NCBI GenBank assembly: GCA_043719155.1
Contig: JAYSUJ010000024.1
Location: 3,424-67,423, forward strand
Source: a bacterium
Lineage (GTDB): Bacteria; Patescibacteriota; Minisyncoccia; Phycocordibacterales; UBA5272
Direction: 5' to 3'
DNA: 64,000 nt
In this document: positions 29,989 to 38,634 of the stretch, one piece after another
Numbering within the stretch: the stretch's first letter is position 1
Layout of the letters: every line of letters starts with the position of its first letter
Position numbers and translations under genes: made by a program
The notes under the pieces: model-generated
Told to the model about the DNA's origin: nothing
What the model saw: the letters and a program-made list of their open reading frames with translations, nothing else
Databases searched by the model: none

Positions 29989-31134
29989 ATGAATGCTACA
30001 CCTAGGTTAAACTTAGACCATCTTTTAAAAGAAATTCAAGAAAAATACCAATTACTTGGAAATTTAAATTATGCTGGTGAAAAATTTTTAAAAACCTATG
30101 CTGAATATTTGGATATTGCGGAGAAAATAGAGAAAACTAGTCAACTAGACGAAGTCCATAATTTTTCTTCCCCGAAATATTATATTTACATTGTGATAAT
30201 TACAACAGTGAAGACCATTTCGGATACGATTGAAGAATACATTAACACAGATACAAATGAACTCTCTACTTTAAAACTCCAACTTATTACGGCCTTGAAA
30301 AGTTTATCTCATTTGGAAATACAATCTGAACTTGAAAAAAGTAAATTTATAGAGGCGAAAAAACTTTTTTATAAATTTATGTCAGTAGCGAACAAAATTG
30401 TCCCAACAATAGACGAAGACCCAGATTTATTTAAAAATTTAGAAAAGATATATGAAAACTATGAGCCGAAGTTAATAATTTTAACAGAGGAAATTCAAAA
30501 GGCACAAGAATTTAATTTATACGGAAGTATTAAGAGTTTAGAGAAAACTACCTTTGGACTTTCTGACCCTTTGAAACTTTTAGCAGGGAAAAAGATTTTA
30601 AAAGAAGAATTAACAAACCCCAGGTTCAGTAAGAAAATGTTTATGGATTTGGTGGAACCGATTCAAAGAAAGATTGAGCCATTTATAATTTTACCAAATA
30701 ATTTTGTTGGTATAAAAAAATTGGAAATTTGTAAAGAAATATTAGATGTTTACCCAGACTTGAAATTAGTCTTTGAAGAAAAAACGAATTTGATAAAATT
30801 AGTTGGTATTAAAAAAATAGAAGAAATTATTTTAAGTTTAGAAAGTGACCAAACTACAATTGTGATAAAAAATGTCTTGGCAAGGCATAATTTGGAGCAA
30901 AATCTTAACGGTCTACTTACATCTTTTAAAAATAAATTCTTAGTTCAAAGCAAATCTTCCTTCAACAATGCAAATATGAAAAAGCAAGTTAAAAACATTG
31001 TAAGTGAAATTAACCGTAGTATCAAAGAAAAGAATGATTTTGATTTTATTTTGGTTTCTACAAAATCAGTTAAAAAAGACAGTAGTAAATTTATTTTGAG
31101 ATTTAATTTAGAGTTGGAAAAAACGGCTGGGTAG
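29989..31134 (+). CDS. Hypothetical helical protein, divergent from TerS
   Basis: Long ORF; TGCTATACT extended -10 at 29968-29976 supports ATG 29989. Confidence 0.7.
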   Translation: MNATPRLNLDHLLKEIQEKYQLLGNLNYAGEKFLKTYAEYLDIAEKIEKTSQLDEVHNFSSPKYYIYIVIITTVKTISDTIEEYINTDTNELSTLKLQLITALKSLSHLEIQSELEKSKFIEAKKLFYKFMSVANKIVPTIDEDPDLFKNLEKIYENYEPKLIILTEEIQKAQEFNLYGSIKSLEKTTFGLSDPLKLLAGKKILKEELTNPRFSKKMFMDLVEPIQRKIEPFIILPNNFVGIKKLEICKEILDVYPDLKLVFEEKTNLIKLVGIKKIEEIILSLESDQTTIVIKNVLARHNLEQNLNGLLTSFKNKFLVQSKSSFNNANMKKQVKNIVSEINRSIKEKNDFDFILVSTKSVKKDSSKFILRFNLELEKTAG

Positions 31135-31200
31135 GTGACATAAAAATTAAATAACAAAGAAGTCATATAAAATATGGCTTATTTTATATTTAAAATATGC

Positions 31201-31230
31201 TTGACAAGTTTTTGGCTGGACCAGTTTAAT
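31201..31230 (+). promoter_or_regulatory. Candidate sigma70 promoter for the recombinase operon
   Basis: TTGACA-N18-TTTAAT. Confidence 0.5.
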
Positions 31231-31262
31231 GGACACAGTTAAGTAATTAACTGAAACACATC

Positions 31263-31451
31263 GTCATAGAAACCATCTACGCAGGAAATTAGATGTAAAA
31301 CTTTTTCTATAATAATTATTAAGGTGCTAATGGGAAAGGCAAGAAAATGAGTTCAACCATCACAAATCTCTCACTTGCCCACTTGTTTAGCATCGTAATA
31401 ATTAATTGTGATATTGATGAGTTGCGTCTATGAAATATCACGAACTATGAC
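31263..31451 (+). ncRNA. Predicted long nested stem-loop RNA upstream of the recombinase operon
   Basis: Nested complementary pairs GTCATAG/CTATGAC, ACGCAG/TTGCGT, TAATTATTA/TAATAATTA, GGTGCTAA/TTAGCATC, GGCAAG/CTTGCC, TGAG/CTCA. Confidence 0.5.
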
Positions 31452-31545
31452 TTTATATGGCTTGTTTCCTAATAAAATATAAGAGGAAACAAAGGCAAAA
31501 GGGTGGACTGCCTTAACTAAATATTAAAAAGGGTTTATACTAAAT

Positions 31546-31770
31546 ATGCTACACGAAAACGACCAATCAAATACAAAAAAATTGATACCAAAGGAGGGAC
31601 AACTTCGTATTTCGTGTAGCAATGAAGTATTAAAAAGTTGTCCCTCTTTTGATATTAACAATCAAGAGGAAGTTGAAACCGAAATTGCACAAAAATTATC
31701 AGCAATTTTATTTGATAAATATGTAATATGGAAACAAAAACAAAAAACTCATACCAATACGGAAGAGTAA
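31546..31770 (+). CDS. Small protein overlapping the recombinase start (possible directionality factor)
   Basis: 74 aa; overlaps the recombinase gene by 43 nt. The functional guess is positional only. Confidence 0.5.
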   Translation: MLHENDQSNTKKLIPKEGQLRISCSNEVLKSCPSFDINNQEEVETEIAQKLSAILFDKYVIWKQKQKTHTNTEE

Positions 31771-33476
31771 GCACGCCCGAACAATTAACTTCTGGCGACA
31801 GTTTAACTCACCAAGATAAAGTGACAAAAAATGAAGCAATCAGAAGAGGTATAAACCCAACAAATTTTTATGGCGATACAATTTCCGGGTCTTCAATTAC
31901 CCGGGACGGTTACGACCAAATGTTTTTTGATTTAAAAAAAGCAAACAGTAAAATCCAAACAATATTCTACGTGATTATAAAATGTATTGACAGATACACA
32001 AGGGGTGGAGCAGAGTTCTATATAATGATGACGAACGATTTAAAAAAACTCAATGTTCAACTAATAGATGTGGCCGGGATAATCCAAGAAGAAAAAAATA
32101 GTTTGGAAGACAAAGGATTCACATACGAATGGAGTAAATACAGACCGAGCGAAACAGCAGAACTCATAGAAGCCCAAAAAGGTAAGGGTGAAAAACGAGA
32201 TATCTTAACTAGGACCATAGGGGCACAAATTTCTCTAACCCAAAAAGGTTTTCGTATGGGGAGTCCCCTTGATGGAATGAGAAGCGAAACACAACTAACT
32301 GACGGAAAAAATAGAATTGTATTTGTCAGAAAAGATGGATTTGTGCATTTTATAGAAAAGATTTTTGAAATGAGGGCAAGTGGTGTAAATTCAGATTTAG
32401 AAATTATTTCAACTTTGAATGCTATGGGATACAAATCCCCAATAAGAAATAGGTGGTCAAAAAATAGAGAGAAACATCTAGGCCAAACAGGCGGCGGACC
32501 TTTAGATTTGAAACGGCTAGAAAAAATCTACTCGAAAGTTGGATATTGTGGAATCTTACTCCATAAGTGGAATAAATATTTACCGATAAATGGTCAGATA
32601 GAAAAAATCATTTCTATTGAAGTCTATAACAAAGCAAACAAAGGAAAAAGATTTATTGTCGAAAACAGTGATGGAACTTACGAAATAAAAACAAATTACA
32701 ACCCAATTCAATCAAGGCCTAGATTAGAAAAAAATCCACTTTATCCGTACGCAAAAGTTGTTAAATGCCAATTCTGTGGTTTAGGCTTTAAATATAGCGC
32801 CGCAAAAGGAAAAAACAAAAAGAAGTCCAGTCCAGGATATCATTGTTCGTATAAACACGAATATTTTAGGAAGCCAAAAAAGGAGTTTGAAGATACCATA
32901 GAAAATTATTTGAAGTCGCTTTCTCTCACGGACGCTTTCGTTGAAAAAATGCAAAAAGAATTGGTCGATACTTTTTCAACTAAAAGTGGCGAACTAAAAA
33001 ATAAATTTGCAAAGATATTTGTAAATATTGCAGACCTTAAAGCCGAACAGGAAAAATACATTAGCGAATACATTGCTACCAATAATCCAATAATAAAAAG
33101 TTCTATTGAAAGTAAAATCAACAAAATTGAAGAGCAAATTAAAAATGCCACAGATGTTGGTGAGGAAAATGAGGTTGAAGAATTAAATGTTGACGAGTTT
33201 CTTGCTTACACCAGAAATTTTTTGAAAGACCCATCAAATCTTGTTTTGGAAGAAAAAACAAATGTTGATACAGTGGGTGTTCTATTCAGTCTTATATTTG
33301 AAGAAAAACCGACCTACAATAATATCTTGTATCGAACACCTAAATTAACCAGTGTTTTCAAGCACTTTTCTGCAAACAAACAACCAGAAAACCAATTGGG
33401 GTGCCCAATGGGAATTGAACCCATACTAGGGGATCCACAAACCCCTGTGATAACCATTTCACTATGGGCACCATAG
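31728..33476 (+). CDS. Large serine recombinase (integrase)
   Basis: YGRVSTPEQ catalytic Ser, ISGSS..R, DRYTR, recombinase domain, Zn ribbon CQFC...YHC, coiled coil; 3' end overlaps tRNA-His antisense. Confidence 0.93.
   Translation: METKTKNSYQYGRVSTPEQLTSGDSLTHQDKVTKNEAIRRGINPTNFYGDTISGSSITRDGYDQMFFDLKKANSKIQTIFYVIIKCIDRYTRGGAEFYIMMTNDLKKLNVQLIDVAGIIQEEKNSLEDKGFTYEWSKYRPSETAELIEAQKGKGEKRDILTRTIGAQISLTQKGFRMGSPLDGMRSETQLTDGKNRIVFVRKDGFVHFIEKIFEMRASGVNSDLEIISTLNAMGYKSPIRNRWSKNREKHLGQTGGGPLDLKRLEKIYSKVGYCGILLHKWNKYLPINGQIEKIISIEVYNKANKGKRFIVENSDGTYEIKTNYNPIQSRPRLEKNPLYPYAKVVKCQFCGLGFKYSAAKGKNKKKSSPGYHCSYKHEYFRKPKKEFEDTIENYLKSLSLTDAFVEKMQKELVDTFSTKSGELKNKFAKIFVNIADLKAEQEKYISEYIATNNPIIKSSIESKINKIEEQIKNATDVGEENEVEELNVDEFLAYTRNFLKDPSNLVLEEKTNVDTVGVLFSLIFEEKPTYNNILYRTPKLTSVFKHFSANKQPENQLGCPMGIEPILGDPQTPVITISLWAP
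33396..33417. repeat. att core, tRNA-proximal copy
   Basis: TTGGGGTGCCCAATGGGAATTG, identical to 15029-15050. Confidence 0.93.
33397..33472 (-). tRNA. tRNA-His (GTG)
   Basis: G-1, acceptor stem GTGCCCA/TGGGCAC, anticodon loop TTGTGGA, T-loop TTCAATT, discriminator C and encoded CCA. Confidence 0.95.
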
Positions 33477-33626
33477 TTTTTTACACAGTCTTTAACACTT
33501 AAAGTGGATTCTGACATTTTAACACAGAAAAGTCTTTCTGGCTAATATTATTTTGAAAAAATTGGTATAAAAAAAGTGGGACCAAAAAGTCTGGCCCCAC
33601 CAATATTGCCATAGCTGAAAAAACAC

Positions 33627-34343
33627 TTACTCGCCTGCACCCTCCTCTTCCGAAGAGGTAGACACAGACTTATCGTGAGTCAGGCGTTTCCGCCGTTCAC
33701 GCATGTAATGCTCTTCCCGCCATTGTCGACAGTCGATCTCCATCCACTCAGGGTGAATGTTCTTGATGAACCAGATTCCCTCGAAAGGATTATCTATCTC
33801 TCTAATGAGGCAGAAGATAAATGAGAAGATGTAGGTTGTAGAGCCGATGAGAAGTACCCCGCTCCAAGGAGTTGGATACTCCAAACCCATTGCACCACCG
33901 ATAATGAAGATTGCCAAGATGGTCATGAGGGCATGTGCCAGAGGCGATACATCTTCATCACGTAAATGCATGAAAGTGTGGATGTCATAGCGTTTGATGG
34001 CCATACGCACCCCCTTATACTCCTCAAGAACTTTCGAAATGAACCACCCTGAGGTGACACTGTAAATAAGTGTTACGGAGGGCATGAAGTATGCCACCCA
34101 ATACTCTTTCACCTCCTTGTGGAAGTGAATATGATTTTGGTACAAGACCAGATACCAAATAGTACACGCGATGAACACCGGTATTGCCGGTTGCAACATC
34201 AGCAATGCTGTTTTGATGACAGTTGTCACCAACTTCGTTTTGGTCAACCGTCGACTGTTAATCATATACGGTTCGCGGTAGAACTCTAAGTCACCAAATT
34301 TCATCCTAAACTCTTTCATGGTTTTCGGTTGTAACTTTCCCAT
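33627..34343 (-). CDS. Four-TM membrane protein (DUF4239/bestrophin-like); GC-richer cassette
   Basis: TM helices and LIREIDNPFEG motif; terminator-like hairpin at 33576-33600. Confidence 0.6.
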   Translation of the reverse strand: MGKLQPKTMKEFRMKFGDLEFYREPYMINSRRLTKTKLVTTVIKTALLMLQPAIPVFIACTIWYLVLYQNHIHFHKEVKEYWVAYFMPSVTLIYSVTSGWFISKVLEEYKGVRMAIKRYDIHTFMHLRDEDVSPLAHALMTILAIFIIGGAMGLEYPTPWSGVLLIGSTTYIFSFIFCLIREIDNPFEGIWFIKNIHPEWMEIDCRQWREEHYMRERRKRLTHDKSVSTSSEEEGAGE

Positions 34344-34414
34344 TTGGGAAACTGCATTCTACCACATAAAAATACACATAGCAAAAATTAAATTTTAGGC
34401 TATACTTTTATTCT

Positions 34415-35593
34415 ATGGATAAACCTCCGACTCAAGTATCAACAATAAACAGAGGCAACCCAGAGAGATTCAAATCAATAGTTACCACAGAAGTAAGAGA
34501 GTTAAAAGAAAAATTGGAAAATCTTTACAATATAAACGTTGCTCTACCAGAATTTTCCAGAAAAAGCTCCAGATTTGCTTCTCATATTCCAAAAATTAGA
34601 GATTTAGATGTTGCTAGCCCAGAAAAAGTGCAGAAAAATGAGACAGAGTGTCAACTGATTTTCTTAAAAAATTTAGAGGACCAGTTATCTAAACTCAAAA
34701 AAGCCTGTGACGACTCAAGAGTTAAAGACGGCCTCATGGGATTCTTTAAAGTAAGAAATGGAAAAAAAGTAACCATTAGACTCCCAGATTTCACTTCAAA
34801 AGTTGGCAGAAAAGTTATAGAAACTATCGAGAAAAGAGGTCATGTTAGTGGTCCAACAGAAGCAAAAGTAACTGGCGGTGAGCTAGCTTTAAGTTTGATA
34901 TTTCACGGAATACCTGTTGTTCAAATTATTGCCCTGTCTGTAGCTGGTTACAAAGTAGGTAGAAAAATAAGACCATTTATTACAGTTGACAATAAAAACC
35001 CAGATGTCCGCGAGCTAAACATAACTCTAAATGCAAGCCAGCACGACCTAATTGCTATAATTAAAAATTACCAAACATCGGAAAATGCCCAAGAAGAACG
35101 AAACTCTAACGAAAAAGAAAGAGCTATAGCAGAACTTGTTGGCAAATACATTGGTGAAAATGTATCTCAAAAAACCAAAGAGCTTGCCAACAATTCACAA
35201 GCAAAATTGGCTTGTCTAAACTTATCTAACAGGATAGTAGCCGAGTTTGGAGTGATAACTTCAATTCCTCGTGAACTTTTTAACTTTAGAATGTTTCGTA
35301 TTCCAAACGGACCAAAAGTTGAAAGCCCTTTGAGGGACAACAGTGGGGTTGGTTTTTACCAAGTTTTGCATCAATATCTTTTAAATGTAGAACAGATACT
35401 TACAACTGCAAGATCTAAAGCTTTAGATCTGCATCCAAACAATTCTGTACATAGAAAACTAAAAAACAAGACCATACTTGCTGGCAAACATTTTAAAATT
35501 GGTTACAACACCATTAACATTCCAATGAAAGTTAACATCGAAAGTGCTGCAGAAGCGTTGGTAAAATATTTAATCGAACCTGAAAATAAATAA
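34415..35593 (+). CDS. Hypothetical protein with central hydrophobic hairpin
   Basis: 392-aa ORF with TATACT just upstream; no recognisable motif. Confidence 0.7.
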   Translation: MDKPPTQVSTINRGNPERFKSIVTTEVRELKEKLENLYNINVALPEFSRKSSRFASHIPKIRDLDVASPEKVQKNETECQLIFLKNLEDQLSKLKKACDDSRVKDGLMGFFKVRNGKKVTIRLPDFTSKVGRKVIETIEKRGHVSGPTEAKVTGGELALSLIFHGIPVVQIIALSVAGYKVGRKIRPFITVDNKNPDVRELNITLNASQHDLIAIIKNYQTSENAQEERNSNEKERAIAELVGKYIGENVSQKTKELANNSQAKLACLNLSNRIVAEFGVITSIPRELFNFRMFRIPNGPKVESPLRDNSGVGFYQVLHQYLLNVEQILTTARSKALDLHPNNSVHRKLKNKTILAGKHFKIGYNTINIPMKVNIESAAEALVKYLIEPENK

Positions 35594-35606
35594 CTTTACC
35601 TGCGCC

Positions 35607-35658
35607 TGCACTCATGTAGAAAAAACACCAAATTCTTGGTGTTTTATCTCATGAGTGC
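35607..35658. terminator. Long hairpin downstream of tRNA-Leu
   Basis: GCACTCATG...AAAACACCAA-ATTC-TTGGTGTTTT...CATGAGTGC. Confidence 0.65.
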
Positions 35659-35737
35659 CCCCGACTGGACTCGAACCAGCATGCCGTTAAGCGTTACCAC
35701 CTCAAGGTAATGGGTCTACCAATTTCCCCACGTGGGC
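35656..35737 (-). tRNA. tRNA-Leu (GAG)
   Basis: Anticodon arm TTACC-TTGAGGT-GGTAA, long variable arm, GGTTCGAGTCC T-arm; one A.G mismatch in the acceptor stem; no encoded CCA. Confidence 0.9.
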
Positions 35738-35818
35738 AGACTTACATTTTAGCATTTTAAATGTAAAAATAAAACTCAAGTTTTTTTCTTGAGTTTTATT
35801 TAAATTTAATTTTAGATG

Positions 35819-36229
35819 TTATTTAACAATTTCGTTTTTAGTGTCGGTATTTTTAGCAATTTTAGCTTTTGTAGTTTTCAAAATTTTACGAGTTTCTTTG
35901 GCTGCTTTTTCACGAACAAAGTAAATCTTTGACTTTCGAACGTCGTTTGAACGTACTATTTTTATAGATTCAACGGCTGGTGAGTAGAGTGGGAAAATTC
36001 TTTCTACGGCAACGTCACCTGACATTTTTCGTACTGTAAATGTTGCACCAGCCTCTGTACCATGCTTTCTTGCGAGACAAAGCCCTTCAAAAGATTGGAT
36101 TCTAAATTTTCCATCTGACTCTTTTATTTTTGTTGCTACTTTCAAAACGTCTCCGGACTTAAATGTAAGAGCCTTTCGCTCAGCCACATCTACAGTACTT
36201 AGTTTTATTGCTGTTATTTGACTAGACAT
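35819..36229 (-). CDS. rplS: 50S ribosomal protein L19
   Basis: FKSGD, RIQSFEG, TFTVRK, VERIFPLYSP, VRKSKIYF. Confidence 0.96.
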   Translation of the reverse strand: MSSQITAIKLSTVDVAERKALTFKSGDVLKVATKIKESDGKFRIQSFEGLCLARKHGTEAGATFTVRKMSGDVAVERIFPLYSPAVESIKIVRSNDVRKSKIYFVREKAAKETRKILKTTKAKIAKNTDTKNEIVK

Positions 36230-36325
36230 ATATTTTTATTATGGAAGCATTATAACACAAAAATCCCAGCCTCGCAACAAAAAGTGACACACAAAAATAG
36301 ATAGGCTATACTAAAACAAATAAAT

Positions 36326-37144
36326 ATGAGTTCAGAAAATTTAAATAGTTTTTGGAGAGCTGAACCACCTAAAACAACGGAAAAAGTTTTACCTCCCCAC
36401 CTTGACGAACAAAAAGCAATTTTGACGATAAAAAATATTTTAGACATCTATGATTTTAACCAAATTACAACCGAGCATATAGGGGCAGGAACAATAGAAA
36501 ATCTTGTTTTGATGATTTTCAATATCAAAGAAAAAATTCATGAATACGATGTTATCGTAGGGGATGACGATAGTGGCCGGATTCCCGCCTTACTTGTTTG
36601 GAGGGTGGCCTGTCTTGTCAGAAGAAAAGCTGGCCTAAAGTCCCCTTTTTTTTTACCCTTGGCAGCTGGAAGAGACTTGAATGAAAACCCTAAAAGACAA
36701 GAGGACATAGGGAACGAATTAGAAAAAGTATTATGTAAATTTGTGATTCCTCCGAAACTACTTGTTGTAACAGACCATATCACGACCGGTGAAGGAATGA
36801 GCAAACTTGACTCATTATTGACAGATAAATTGCACACACATTTTCCAGACGCAAGCAAGAAAACAGCTGACGTTCTGACTGGTACTTTAAAAATTGAGTC
36901 AGAACTAGACCCAGATCTGGCTTTAAGAACTTGGTATGGACAAAATGATAAAACAGTTAGAGGTTTCTATAGAGACAAAGGAAACACTGGCTTTACGAAA
37001 CACAAAGACTTGGACTCTGCCAGATCATTACCCAACACGTACAGGCAAGTGTTAAACAAAGCCCGTAATAAATTTACAGACTACAGAAAAACTAGGCGTG
37101 ACATAGCAAGACTCGCACCTATTTTAGCTCAAATAGTTTCTTAA
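36326..37144 (+). CDS. Divergent phosphoribosyltransferase-fold protein
   Basis: YDVIVGDDDSGRIPA and LLVVTDHITTGEGM resemble the PRPP-binding loop (VDD..TTG). Confidence 0.55.
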   Translation: MSSENLNSFWRAEPPKTTEKVLPPHLDEQKAILTIKNILDIYDFNQITTEHIGAGTIENLVLMIFNIKEKIHEYDVIVGDDDSGRIPALLVWRVACLVRRKAGLKSPFFLPLAAGRDLNENPKRQEDIGNELEKVLCKFVIPPKLLVVTDHITTGEGMSKLDSLLTDKLHTHFPDASKKTADVLTGTLKIESELDPDLALRTWYGQNDKTVRGFYRDKGNTGFTKHKDLDSARSLPNTYRQVLNKARNKFTDYRKTRRDIARLAPILAQIVS

Positions 37145-37901
37145 AATCTTTTGGTATTGATGACTCTACTTTTATTTTCTCTCCGTCAAAAGGACTAAAA
37201 AAAGTAATGCTCTTTGCATGTAAAAGCTGCCTCACTTTTTCTTTACCAAAATATTTTTTCTCGAAATTGGTTTTTGTTGGTCCATACAAATGGTCGCCGA
37301 CTATAGGATGCCCAAGACTTTTAGAGTGGATACGTATTTGGTGGGTACGACCTGTTTCAGGGAAAAACGCAACCAAAGACAATTTCTCACCGAAGATTTC
37401 TAATCTTTTTATAACTTTGTATCTTGTCAGCGCCTCCCTCTCCTCTCCTCTGTATTTCCCTACCGTCTTTACAACTTCCTTTTTTCGAAAGTCAGACTTA
37501 CTCCTGGCTATAGCTGTGTCTATTATTCCAGTCTCATATTTGTAACTCCCCCAAACCAAAGCAACATATTCTTTACGAATTTTATGAGTTACAAATTGAT
37601 TTTTTAAATTTTCATACGAGTCTTGGTTTTTTGCTAACAACAAACAGCCAGTAGTGTCTTTGTCTAGTCTATGCACTATCCCGGGTTTTTGCACTTCTAC
37701 CTTTACTCCCAAATTTTCAAAAATCAAATTCTCACCGACTCCCTTTAGAGTTTTAAAGTTTTTCAAAACATAATCAGCAATAGTAATTGCTCTTTTTTCT
37801 TTAGTCACTTTTTCAGCCTTACCGTCTCCATGTACAACAAAACCCGCTGGCTTGTCTAAAACCAACAGGTTCTTGTCTTGGAATAATACTTTTATTTTCA
37901 T
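37119..37901 (-). CDS. RluA-family pseudouridine synthase
   Basis: DKPAGFVVH, GIVHRLDKDTTG, TGRTHQIRIH, HPIVGD.LYG. Confidence 0.94.
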   Translation of the reverse strand: MKIKVLFQDKNLLVLDKPAGFVVHGDGKAEKVTKEKRAITIADYVLKNFKTLKGVGENLIFENLGVKVEVQKPGIVHRLDKDTTGCLLLAKNQDSYENLKNQFVTHKIRKEYVALVWGSYKYETGIIDTAIARSKSDFRKKEVVKTVGKYRGEEREALTRYKVIKRLEIFGEKLSLVAFFPETGRTHQIRIHSKSLGHPIVGDHLYGPTKTNFEKKYFGKEKVRQLLHAKSITFFSPFDGEKIKVESSIPKDFKKLFELK

Positions 37902-37929
37902 AAAAGTATTATAGCAAATTTATCTTAAA

Positions 37930-38361
37930 TTACTTGCAACATTTTGAATGCACAGACATTTTCCCTGGGCCAACTAAAGCGATACCTATAGAGCAAACCA
38001 ACAAAAGAAGTTGAAACTCGTATCCACCCGCCATTGCATTGAAACCATTTTTAAAATGCACCATAGAGATAGCCACTATCATGATCACTGCAAAAAGACC
38101 ACCAACCAATCTTGTCATTACCCCAGCTGCCATAAGTAGACCTCCTAAAAATTCTACATAAGCTACGGCGTAAGTCAAAAATGCCCCAACGCCCATAGAC
38201 CCAAACATTGCCAAAGTTCCTTCCATGTTGGAAACTTTCATCCAGCCGTGAACAATAAAAGTAGCCGCTACAGAAAGACGGATTATCAAGAGTGCAATGT
38301 CCAGGTGTTTTGGATCATTAGAAACTCCACAGGCCAAGTCACAGATTTTTTTACCATTCAT
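37930..38361 (-). CDS. DoxX family membrane protein
   Basis: FIVHGWMK, VEFLGG, GYEFQL, GPGKMS. Confidence 0.9.
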   Translation of the reverse strand: MNGKKICDLACGVSNDPKHLDIALLIIRLSVAATFIVHGWMKVSNMEGTLAMFGSMGVGAFLTYAVAYVEFLGGLLMAAGVMTRLVGGLFAVIMIVAISMVHFKNGFNAMAGGYEFQLLLLVCSIGIALVGPGKMSVHSKCCK

Positions 38362-38450
38362 AAGTATTTATTTGTTTTTTGTATACATTAAAAATGTGTA
38401 TACCTGCACTAAAGTATACTCGAGACTAGTAATGTTTTGCAATACCCCTG

Positions 38451-38523
38451 TGGGCGATAGAGGACTCGAACCTCTGACCTTCGCTGTGTAAAAGCGTTGC
38501 TCTACCAACTGAGCTAATCGCCC
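38451..38523 (-). tRNA. tRNA-Val (TAC)
   Basis: GGGCGATTAGCTCAGTTGGTAGAGC...TTTACAC...GGTTCGAGTCCTCTATCGCCCA. Confidence 0.93.
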
Positions 38524-38634
38524 AAATATTTTTTACTTTATTTGAACAGAAACATTATAACAAGGAGTGAAGAAAAAGTAAATGCTGGGGGCAAATTTTG
38601 TTAATACTCTCAAAACTTGTATACTTTTTTGCAA

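Larger units (their letters stand above)
15029..33417. mobile_element. ~18.4 kb integrative genomic island inserted at the tRNA-His 3' end (large serine recombinase, TerS-like gene, RHS toxin cargo)
   Basis: Perfect 22-bp direct repeat at both ends matching the tRNA-His 3' end; recombinase adjacent to the tRNA; no housekeeping genes inside. Confidence 0.9.

Noticed and set aside
15029-33417. Complete prophage or ICE interpretation of the island
   Set aside because: No recognisable large terminase, portal, capsid, tail, relaxase or T4SS genes.
33314-33517. Small ORFs overlapping tRNAs (33314-33517; also 38297-38491, 39597-39818, 40739-40933, 40833-41048)
   Set aside because: Artefacts of reading through tRNA genes and terminators; no coding signal.
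35600-35660. Possible island att site at tRNA-Leu
   Set aside because: Only an inverted repeat (terminator-like) is present; no convincing direct repeat of the tRNA-Leu 3' end or nearby integrase.
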